A stretch of 64,000 nucleotides of DNA, taken from contig CALKYE010000254.1 of NCBI GenBank assembly GCA_938003765.1, positions 29,197 to 93,196 of the forward strand, written 5' to 3'. The stretch is from an uncultured Planctomycetia bacterium (GTDB taxonomy: Bacteria > Planctomycetota > UBA1135 > GCA-002686595). A program made the position numbers and the translations under genes. Below the pieces are notes generated by a model that saw only the letters and a list, made by a program, of their open reading frames with translations, was not told the DNA's origin and searched no databases. The first letter of the stretch is position 1, and the number at the start of each line of letters is the position of its first letter. Below are positions 28,600 to 38,241 of the stretch, piece after piece.

Positions 28600-29897
28600 G
28601 GCGCGAAGAGCACGCTCACGCCATTGCTCGCGTTGAGTCCGTTGCCGCCGCCGGTCGGGTCGCGGTAGGCGAACTGGAAGTTCCAGGTCGAGCCGGCGAG
28701 CACCGCCGCGGGTCCGCCGCTGAACGGCGCGAGCGTCAGATCGAGCGGGCGGACGAGCGCGCCCGAGCTATCGGTGGTGAGCACCGGCGGCACGCGTTGC
28801 CGCGGCGCGCCGACGCACAGCGTGCCGGCGCCGTAGGGCGTGGTCGACTGCGTCGGACCGTAGAACAGGAAGCCGTTCGCGCTGGTCGGCGCGTAGTTGA
28901 CGCCGAAGGCGAGGTCGTTGGTCGCGATCGACGAGGTTCCGATCGGGCTCAGCACCGCGCCCGCGCCGGCCGAGTTCGGCGACGTGTCGCAGTACAGGTC
29001 GAAGTCGACCGGATCGCCGAGCGTGCGGTCGACATGCCGGATCAGCGTGCGCAGCGAGATCTCGGCCGCCCGGCGCGCGTTGGGCCAGCTCAGTCCCGAA
29101 CCGACGTGGATGTGACCTGCTGCGACGCACCAGGCCGGGTCCGTCGGGCTCGAGTGGATCGACTGGTACCACACGCCGTGGTACGCGATGAACTCCGACA
29201 GGAAGCCGCCGCCGCTGCCCGAGAAGCAGATGAAGGCGCTGAGCGGCGGGCTCGCGGTGTTGACGTCGTCGAGGATCTCCTGGACCGGCAGAGTCGAGAG
29301 TCGGAGTTGGCCCGGCCCGATCGAGCTGTCGGGCGGCGCCGGCGTGGGCTGCGTCGGGCTGAGGTAGTCGCCCACCCACGACGTGCGGTTGTACTGGTTC
29401 ATCTCCAGCTCCCAGTTCTGTCCCGTCCCGCCGCGGCTGAAGGTGATGATCGCGATGGGCTGCAGCGAGTTGACGATGGGCCAGAAGTCCGCGGAGGTGT
29501 CCTGGTAGTCGACGGTGAGATCGCCCGTGCCCATGCCGCAGCTCGAGCAGTTGGCCGGACTGAACTCGGGGAAGTACGAGTAGACGTCGTAGCCGCGTCC
29601 CTCCCAGTTCGAGCCGATCCAACCCTGCGGGTTCTGCGCGGGGTTGGTGCTGAAGCGCCGCACCGCTTCGTTCGACGGCGGCCAGTAGCCGGTGAGGAGG
29701 ATCGCGGGCCGCTGGCCGAGCTGCATCTGCTGCGCGCGCGGCGTCCCCGTCGTCGGCGTCGGCAGATTCGACTGCGGCGGGTCGAGGCGACGGGCGAAGG
29801 TCGCCGGCGCTCCCATTTGGGCGGTTGCGGGGGCGGCGCCGAGCGCGACGGCCAGAGCGGGGAGCAGGGTCAGCGCGGGGACGATTTTGTTGAGCAT
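28596..29897 (-). CDS. Secreted pyroglutamyl-peptidase (C15)-like protein with Ser at the nucleophile position, plus the shared C-terminal module
   Basis: ATGA overlap with 25918..28599. By-eye alignment to PCP-I: ILLTGYWPP~VLLTGFDPF, IAIITFSRGGTGQNWELEMNQYN~IIICVGQAGGRMQITPERVAIN, GGGFLSEFIAY~AGTFVCNHLFY, AAGHIHVG~GGFIHIP. C-terminus GFLFYGP...GTLCVGAPRQRV...FQFAYRDP. Confidence 0.6.
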   Translation of the reverse strand: MLNKIVPALTLLPALAVALGAAPATAQMGAPATFARRLDPPQSNLPTPTTGTPRAQQMQLGQRPAILLTGYWPPSNEAVRRFSTNPAQNPQGWIGSNWEGRGYDVYSYFPEFSPANCSSCGMGTGDLTVDYQDTSADFWPIVNSLQPIAIITFSRGGTGQNWELEMNQYNRTSWVGDYLSPTQPTPAPPDSSIGPGQLRLSTLPVQEILDDVNTASPPLSAFICFSGSGGGFLSEFIAYHGVWYQSIHSSPTDPAWCVAAGHIHVGSGLSWPNARRAAEISLRTLIRHVDRTLGDPVDFDLYCDTSPNSAGAGAVLSPIGTSSIATNDLAFGVNYAPTSANGFLFYGPTQSTTPYGAGTLCVGAPRQRVPPVLTTDSSGALVRPLDLTLAPFSGGPAAVLAGSTWNFQFAYRDPTGGGNGLNASNGVSVLFAP

Positions 29898-29908
29898 GGA
29901 GATCTGGA

Positions 29909-30367
29909 GTGATGGCGATGCGACGAACGAGTCAATCTACTCGGGGCATGGATTACCCGCTGGACCCACAGGGTTTCGATCCCGTCGCCACGATGCCGGC
30001 GGCCGGTTTCTTCGGCTTCGCGTTCCGCGCGCGTGACGAACGGTCCGCGACCGTCGCGCTGCCGCTGCGGCCCGAACTGTTCCAGGGTCAGCAGCGCGTT
30101 CACGGCGGCGTGATCGCCAGCCTGGCGGACACCTGCGCAGTCTGGTTGCTGCTGCCCCGCGTGCTGCCCGAGCGCACCATCACGAGCATCGAGTTCAAGC
30201 TCAACTTCGTGCGGCCGGCCGTCGCCGAGCGCGGCGAGTTGCTCGCGCTCGCGCGCCCCGTCCGCGTGGGTCGCACGGTCGCGCTGGCGGACGTGGACGT
30301 CACTCAGGCCGGCGAGCTCGTCGCCAAGGGCCTGTTCACGTACCTCGTGTCGCCGCTCGAGCGCTGA
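29909..30367 (+). CDS. PaaI-family hotdog-fold thioesterase
   Basis: QRVHGGVIASLADTCAVW and the overall ~140-aa hotdog pattern. The start is uncertain (GTG 29909, ATG 29912/29918, or ATG 29948). Confidence 0.75.
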   Translation: MMAMRRTSQSTRGMDYPLDPQGFDPVATMPAAGFFGFAFRARDERSATVALPLRPELFQGQQRVHGGVIASLADTCAVWLLLPRVLPERTITSIEFKLNFVRPAVAERGELLALARPVRVGRTVALADVDVTQAGELVAKGLFTYLVSPLER

Positions 30368-30380
30368 CGCGCGCTGCGGT

Positions 30381-30755
30381 TCAGCGCTTCTCTTCGAGCA
30401 GGCCGACCAGATTGCCGTCCGGGTCGCGCAGGAAGCCGATCCACAGTTCGTGGTCGCTCATGCGTGCGGCGAGCTGCGGCGTGCGCTCGCTCAGCGCGCC
30501 GCGCGCGACGAACTCCGCGTGCGTCGACTCGATGTCGCTGACGCGGAAGTAGGGGATCGAGTTCGCGCCGACCGCGCCCGCGCCCTGCGGGATGCTCAGC
30601 ATGATGCGGACGCCCTTGCCGTCGAGGAACGCGAGGCCCGGCGCGGGCCGGAACAGGAGCGCGAGTCCGAGGCAGCCCTGGTAGAAGCCCAGCGCGAGAT
30701 CGACGTCGCTCACGGTGATGGCGAGTTGGGCGAGGCCTTCGACGCTGCGGGTCAT
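30381..30755 (-). CDS. VOC/glyoxalase-bleomycin resistance family protein
   Basis: 124 aa from ATG 30755 (MTRSVEGLAQLAITVSDVDLALGFYQ...WIGFLRDPDGNLVGLLE). The track ORF 30381..31244 is over-extended. Confidence 0.8.
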   Translation of the reverse strand: MTRSVEGLAQLAITVSDVDLALGFYQGCLGLALLFRPAPGLAFLDGKGVRIMLSIPQGAGAVGANSIPYFRVSDIESTHAEFVARGALSERTPQLAARMSDHELWIGFLRDPDGNLVGLLEEKR

Positions 30756-31104
30756 GGTTGAGTTCGCGTGCTCGGCACGATGTTCCTTCGACCGGTTCGT
30801 CGAGCGAGGCCCGACGTCGGCGATCCGCGCCCGCGCACCTGCGTCGTCGAACCGCGCGCCCGAATCTACGCGGAGCCGAGCCCCGAGTGCTGCGCCGAGT
30901 CGCGCTCGAGGCGCGAGGTCCGCGCACTTCCCCAACGGCTGTCGACGCACGCCAATTCGCCCCGAATCCGCGATTCGCCGTGGATTGCGGGTAACGCCGC
31001 CGCCGTGCGGGGGCTTCATCGCTGGGGCGACCTCCGCTCGCTTCCGTGGGCGCGCGCCGCGGCGCCCGCCACCGAGTTCCGACGCCAACCTCTCCGGCAG
31101 TTCC

Positions 31105-32091
31105 ATGTTCACCGCCAAGCCTGTGTTCCGTGTTCTCTCGCTGCTCGCCTTGGCTCTGCTCCCGGGCGCTGCGCGCGCGCAGACCAACCTGCTCGTCAAC
31201 GGCGACGCCGAAGCAGGAGACACGAGTGGGTGGGTCGACCCCATCTCGCAAGGCTTCGACGTGACGAGCTCACCGTCAGCGGTCTACGCCGGCGGATTCA
31301 GCTTCCACGCGGGGGTCACGGGCCCGATGGGCGCGTGGAACAACGAGCTGCGACAGGACGTCGACGTCAGCTCGCTGGCCGCGATGATCGACGCGGGAAC
31401 CGTCGTGAGCGTGTTCTCGTGCGCGGGGCGCACGAACGAGGGCGGCGGCTCGTCCGATCCCGGTCGGGTGCGCGTCGAGTTCCTCGCGGCGGGCGGCGCG
31501 TTGCTCGAGGTCTACGACACGGGCGTCTTCGCTCCCACCAACACCTGGGTCACGCGCGCGGACTCGCGTCCGGTTCCGGCGACGACCCGCAGCGTGCGCG
31601 TGCGGCTGATCGGCACGCGCTCGGTCGGCGCCTCGACCGACTGCTACTTCGACGAGCTCGTGCTGCGCATGCAGTGCGGCTCGGCCACGTACTGCACCGG
31701 CAAGCAGAACTCGCTCGGCTGCACGCCCGCGGTGAGCATCAGCGGAAACGCGAGCTTGTCGTCGAGCACGCTCGTCGTCGGCGCGTCGCAAGTGCTCAAC
31801 AACAAGTTCGGGCTCCTGTTCTGGGGCTTGGCGCCGGCCGCTGCGCCGTTCCAAGGCGGCACGCTGTGCGTTCAGCCGCCGACGCTGCGCACGTTCACGC
31901 AGCTGTCCGGCGGGAGTCCCAGCGGCAACGACTGCACGGGCGCGTTCTCGTTCGCGTTCTCTTCGAGCTACCTCGCGAGCGTTGGGCTCTCGGTCGACGA
32001 CGTCGTGTACTGTCAGTTCTGGTCGCGCGATCCGGCCAGCGCGATCACGACGAGCCTCTCGAACGCTGCGCAGTTTCGAGTCTGTCCCTGA
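31105..32091 (+). CDS. Secreted galactose-binding/CBM-like domain protein with the shared C-terminal module
   Basis: ATG 31105 gives the signal peptide MFTAKPVFRVLSLLALALLPGAARAQ. NLLVNGDAEAGDTSGW is a CBM-like start. C-terminal 135 aa: YCTGKQNSLGCTPAVS...FGLLFWG...PFQGGTLCVQPPTLRT...YCQFWSRDP...FRVCP. Confidence 0.8.
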   Translation: MFTAKPVFRVLSLLALALLPGAARAQTNLLVNGDAEAGDTSGWVDPISQGFDVTSSPSAVYAGGFSFHAGVTGPMGAWNNELRQDVDVSSLAAMIDAGTVVSVFSCAGRTNEGGGSSDPGRVRVEFLAAGGALLEVYDTGVFAPTNTWVTRADSRPVPATTRSVRVRLIGTRSVGASTDCYFDELVLRMQCGSATYCTGKQNSLGCTPAVSISGNASLSSSTLVVGASQVLNNKFGLLFWGLAPAAAPFQGGTLCVQPPTLRTFTQLSGGSPSGNDCTGAFSFAFSSSYLASVGLSVDDVVYCQFWSRDPASAITTSLSNAAQFRVCP

Positions 32092-32186
32092 CGGCGAGAG
32101 CGAGCTCGAGCTCGCCGGCCGCGAAGCGCTGCGCCATCGCGGACAGCTCGTGGTGACTCGAGGCCAGCGACGAGCTGTAGGAAACT

Positions 32187-32228
32187 AAAGAGCTGGCGCG
32201 ACCTGATCGCAGGCGCGCCAGCTCGTTT
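32187..32228. terminator. Bidirectional rho-independent terminator between convergent genes
   Basis: AAA + 15-bp stem (GAGCTGGCGCG.CCTG / CAGGCGCGCCAGCTC) with an ATCG tetraloop + GTTT. Verified base by base. Confidence 0.7.
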
Positions 32229-32243
32229 CATGCGCTCACACGC

Positions 32244-33884
32244 TCACGCGCCGCGCGCGCAGAAGCAGGAAGCCCGCAGCGCGATGTCCGAACGCGCCCA
32301 GGCCTTGCGGAACGCGGCGTCGAGCTTGCGCGCCTCGCTGTCGCGGCCCGTGCGGCGCAGGCACTCGGCGAGACCGTGGAGCGACCAACCGTTGCTCGGG
32401 TGGCGCGCGAGGTCCGTGCGGTAGACCTGCTCGGCCTCTTCGAGGCGACCTTGCTCGAGGAGCAGCGCGCCCAGCGCGTGACGCGCCGGCTGCACCCAGC
32501 CCCACGGCTCGTCGTAGCGCAGCGCATCGTCCTTCGCGACCGCGCTCCGCAGGTGCGCGAACGCGGCGTCGAACTCGCCTCTGCGGTACGCGATCTCGCC
32601 CGCGACCATGTCGCGCGCGACGGCGAGCACCGCGCGGTAGGTGTTGTTGCCGACGGTGTAGTCCTCGGGAACGCGCTCGCACGCGGCATCGAACAGCCTC
32701 TGCTCAGCCGCGGCCTCGTCGACGCGACCGAGCGCGCCCAGCGCGAGCGCACGCGCGTAGCGCCAGGTGGCGAGGGTTCCGAAGAGCTCGTCGGACGGCT
32801 GCGGCTCTTCGAGGATCTCGTTCCACATCCCGAAGCGCACCATGGCGTGGTACGGCGAGGCCAGGAAGCCCTCGAGGAACTGCGGCATCTCTCGCACGAC
32901 GTCCATCGGCATCTGCTCGACGACGTCGCGTGCGGCGCGGAGCGCGACGGCGCGTTGACCGTCGAACATCGCCGACCACATCAGGAAGTGGTAGTTGTGC
33001 GCGCGGTAGATCGCGTAGAAGCCGCCGGCCCCTGCGCGTTCGACGCGTTTGCGATCCGCTCGCGTCGCGGCTCGGTTGGCTTCGATCGCGCCCACGTAGT
33101 TGCCGACGCGAATGTCGATGTGCGCGGGCATGTGGACGAGGTGGCTCGAGCCGGGCACGCGCTTGCGGAGCATGTTCGCGGCCGGGACCGCGCGCTGCGG
33201 CTCGGGTGAAGCCTCCATCGTGTGGATGAAGAAGTGCGCCGCGCCCGGATGGTCCGGCGTGCGCGCGAGCACCCGTTCGAGCTCTGCGATCACTTCGGGA
33301 GTCTCGGGCCGCGGCTCGCCCTCCGCGCTCCACAGATCCCACGGGCGCAGGTCCATCAGCGACTCGGCGAACAGCGTCGCGACGTCGTCGTCGCCGGGAT
33401 GCTTGCGCGCGACTTCGCGCATGGCCTCGCTGTAAGCCACGTCCAACTCGCGGCGGTCTTCCGGCGCCGGCCAGGCATAGCGCTTCGCGAGCGCCTCGAT
33501 CAGATCGCGTTCGACCGGGCTGGCGTGCTCGAGGCGCGCGAGAGCCTTGTTGATCTCCTCGACCGCGTTGCGCGAGCTGTCCTCGTCCATCGCGGGGTTG
33601 TTGATGTGCGGCCCGAACGCGTACGCGCGGCCCCAGTAGGCCATCGCGCAGTTCGGATCCGCCTCGGCCGCTTTGGCGAACGAGTCGCGCGCCACCTCGT
33701 GGTCGAACGCGAAGCACAGCACCAGTCCCTGGTCGAACCAGCGCTGAGCGGCGGGTGAGTCGGTCGAGACCTTGCGGTGGTACTGACCGAGTTCGCTCGT
33801 GCTCCAGGGGGCGTCGTGCGGAGTCGACGAGCAGCCGGCGAGCACCGCGAGAGAAAGTACGGACGTGCAGAGCAATCGGAGCAT
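32244..33884 (-). CDS. TPR-repeat lipoprotein
   Basis: ATG 33884 is preceded by AAGGAGG. Lipobox LAVLAGC. TPR-like helical repeats throughout (MAYWGRAYAF..., EAEQVYRTDLARHP...). Confidence 0.75.
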   Translation of the reverse strand: MLRLLCTSVLSLAVLAGCSSTPHDAPWSTSELGQYHRKVSTDSPAAQRWFDQGLVLCFAFDHEVARDSFAKAAEADPNCAMAYWGRAYAFGPHINNPAMDEDSSRNAVEEINKALARLEHASPVERDLIEALAKRYAWPAPEDRRELDVAYSEAMREVARKHPGDDDVATLFAESLMDLRPWDLWSAEGEPRPETPEVIAELERVLARTPDHPGAAHFFIHTMEASPEPQRAVPAANMLRKRVPGSSHLVHMPAHIDIRVGNYVGAIEANRAATRADRKRVERAGAGGFYAIYRAHNYHFLMWSAMFDGQRAVALRAARDVVEQMPMDVVREMPQFLEGFLASPYHAMVRFGMWNEILEEPQPSDELFGTLATWRYARALALGALGRVDEAAAEQRLFDAACERVPEDYTVGNNTYRAVLAVARDMVAGEIAYRRGEFDAAFAHLRSAVAKDDALRYDEPWGWVQPARHALGALLLEQGRLEEAEQVYRTDLARHPSNGWSLHGLAECLRRTGRDSEARKLDAAFRKAWARSDIALRASCFCARGA

Positions 33885-34204
33885 CGCTCCTCCTTTGGGG
33901 GAATGCGCAGCGGCGGACGCCGAACTTCGCGTTGAGCGCGAAGCGGCGCCGAGGACCATAGCTCGCCTTCATGGAAGTGAGACACACCAACCTCCGCATC
34001 TGCGCGCCGCGGTGAGTCGCCTGAGCTCGCGCCGAAGCGGACTCGCGCTGGGAATGCCGTGAAAACGCGCTGCGAGCGTGGTTTCGACCCTGGGAGGTCA
34101 GTGTGCGCAGGGCGACGCACCGGCGGGGGCGAGAGGTCGATCACTCGGCTCAGCGCGGCTCCGCCGGGAGCTCGCGTGGCCCTGGCGAAGATCTACCGAT
34201 GGGG

Positions 34205-34230
34205 CGAGAGCGCGCTCGAGCGCGAACTCG
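34205..34230 (-). terminator. Palindromic hairpin ~35 nt downstream of the ABC-F stop
   Basis: 14-bp perfect palindrome CGCGCTCGAGCGCG flanked by CGAG/CTCG. Confidence 0.3.
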
Positions 34231-34261
34231 CTCCGAGTGCTTGCTCCGACGAGCTCCTCGC

Positions 34262-36169
<1,908 letters not shown>

Positions 36170-36218
36170 TCCACGCGCTCCAAATGGGGCGCGAGAGGAT
36201 AGCGGCCAGCGGCGCGGC

Positions 36219-37625
36219 TCAGCGCGCGAGAAACGCGTCGAAGGCGGCTTCGAAGTCTTGTGCGGCGTCCGTGGAGGCGCCGATCGAGCGGCGGGTCGTT
36301 TCGAGGCAGAGCCGGTGCAGCGAGACCTGGCGCTGGCCCGAGGCGATGCGCTTGGCGAACTCGCGCGAGAGCGTCTGCAGCGTGGAAGCGCGCTGCGGCG
36401 CGCCGTCCGCGTCCAGGAAGCGCACGAACGCGGTGTCGTAGGCGCGGCGCAGCTCCGCGTAGCACTTGCGCACGCCGGGCGGCGCGTTGTTCACGAGCTC
36501 GGGCGTGCGTTCGGGGTTGCCGAGCCAAGGACCTTGCACGCTGAACGCGGCTCGGTTGGTGTCGAGGTCGATCAGCTCGAAGCCGCGCTCGCCGCGCGCG
36601 TGGCGCAGCGCATCGACGAAGCCCTTGGCCGCGCCCGGTCCGCGGTACGGGCTCTTGTAGCGGCTGAGCATGCTCAGCCATTGGATCGCGGCGCCGAGGT
36701 CGCCGCCCAGGCTCGCGTCCGACGCGCCCGAGCACAGCGTCTCGTCGCTCCCCAAGACGCTCAGCGTGTCGTCGACCGCGAGCCCTTCGCGCCACCAGCG
36801 CGGAGCGCCGGCGTGGCGGACGTTCGAAATCGCGTGCGATGCGTTGTGGGTCAGGTTCTCGAGCACCGTGAGCGGGGCCAGCGGCTCGTCGATGAAGGCC
36901 TTGGGATCCGCGCCGGTCGCGCAACTGGCGAGGCCGATGACGAGCACGCCGTCGGGCAGGAAGAACTCGCGGCACATGCTCAGCCAGGGAGCATCGATCC
37001 AGCGCAGCGCGCTGGGGCGAAGCGCGACGTGGGCGCCCGCGAGCCCGCACAACTGCGCGCGCGTCGGCGCGATGCACACGACGTAGCCGTAGGCGTCGGC
37101 CGCGCGCGGAGCGCCGTGGATCTGCTCGAACAGCGCATCGTGGAGCGCGACCTCGCGCTCGTTCGCCGCGCGCTTCCCCGGCTTCCACGCAGCGGCCCAG
37201 CGCGCGAACTCCTGCGCCTGAGCCGCGCTGACTCCATCGGCGGAGAGGCGCGTGAGCCAGCGCACCTGGACCTTGGCCAGCGCGTCGACGTACTTGCTCA
37301 GGTCACGCGACGGCTTGTGCGGCGTCCACTCGCCGCTCGAGCTCAGCGCCTCGCGCGGCGTCCACAACTCGAACGCGCCGACGCGCACGCGCTCGTGCAG
37401 CGGCGCCAGGCGCGCGCGCAGATCGGTCGCCTGTGCGGAGGCGGCGTCGAACGCCTGCGCGCGTTCGAGCAACTTCACGCCGTAGGCCTCGACCGGCCAG
37501 CCGCTCGTCGCTTGGGCTCGCGCGCTCGTTGCGCCGAGCGCGACGCTCGCGCCGAACAACGCTGCGACAAGTGCTGCTCGCCACGCCGCTGGAGGGCGGC
37601 CGCAACTGTCCGTGACTCGACGCAT
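36219..37625 (-). CDS. Secreted hypothetical protein, MA-clan/DUF1570-like with a degenerate HExxH (HNASH)
   Basis: Signal peptide ...GATSARAQ. Clear paralogy with 38242..39627: GAFELWTP/GAFELWAP, APTRAQ, DETLCSG/DETNCTG, RGFELIDLD/GGFTILDLD, FDAFLAR/FRAWLVR. Confidence 0.7.
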   Translation of the reverse strand: MRRVTDSCGRPPAAWRAALVAALFGASVALGATSARAQATSGWPVEAYGVKLLERAQAFDAASAQATDLRARLAPLHERVRVGAFELWTPREALSSSGEWTPHKPSRDLSKYVDALAKVQVRWLTRLSADGVSAAQAQEFARWAAAWKPGKRAANEREVALHDALFEQIHGAPRAADAYGYVVCIAPTRAQLCGLAGAHVALRPSALRWIDAPWLSMCREFFLPDGVLVIGLASCATGADPKAFIDEPLAPLTVLENLTHNASHAISNVRHAGAPRWWREGLAVDDTLSVLGSDETLCSGASDASLGGDLGAAIQWLSMLSRYKSPYRGPGAAKGFVDALRHARGERGFELIDLDTNRAAFSVQGPWLGNPERTPELVNNAPPGVRKCYAELRRAYDTAFVRFLDADGAPQRASTLQTLSREFAKRIASGQRQVSLHRLCLETTRRSIGASTDAAQDFEAAFDAFLAR

Positions 37626-37779
37626 GTGCGCGCCTCTCGTGTGCCTCTGGCTCGAAACGCGCGTCCGCCCGCGCGGTTCCGAGGTTGGTCAATCGTCTCG
37701 CACGCCCTTCGTATCCCGACGCGGGCGCGCAGTCACCGCTCGATCCGTCGCTACGATGCGCGACGCGAGCCCCCAAGCC

Positions 37780-38211
37780 ATGCCCACCCTCTTCACGCGC
37801 ATCATCCAAGGCGAGTTGCCCGGCCGCTTCGTGTGGCGCGACGAGCACTGCGTCGCCTTCCTTTCGATCCAGCCCATCCGCCCCGGACACACCCTGGTGG
37901 TTCCGCGCGCGGAGATCGACCACTGGAACGACATGCCGCCCGAGCTGTGCGCGCACGTGTTCGAAGTCGCGCGCGGGCTGAGTCAGGCCATGCGCCGCGG
38001 CTTCGGCTGCGAGAAGGTCGGCCTGTCGATCGTGGGCCTCGAAGTGCGCCACGCGCACCTGCACCTGATGCAGCTCGACGAGCCCGGCGACATGGACTTC
38101 GCGCGCCAGCGCAAGGACGTTCCGGCCGCAGAGTTCGATGGCGCGGCGGAGACGATTCGCACCGCGCTGCGGGAGCTGGGCTTCGCCGCGCGAGCGCAGC
38201 GGATCGACTGA
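37780..38211 (+). CDS. HIT (histidine triad) family protein
   Basis: MPTLFTRIIQGELPGRFVW...RPGHTLVVPR...VRHAHLHLM contains the HxHxHxx triad. ATG 37756 is the alternative start. Confidence 0.85.
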   Translation: MPTLFTRIIQGELPGRFVWRDEHCVAFLSIQPIRPGHTLVVPRAEIDHWNDMPPELCAHVFEVARGLSQAMRRGFGCEKVGLSIVGLEVRHAHLHLMQLDEPGDMDFARQRKDVPAAEFDGAAETIRTALRELGFAARAQRID

Positions 38212-38241
38212 GACGCGCGAAGAGCGCGGCGGAGCGCGGAC

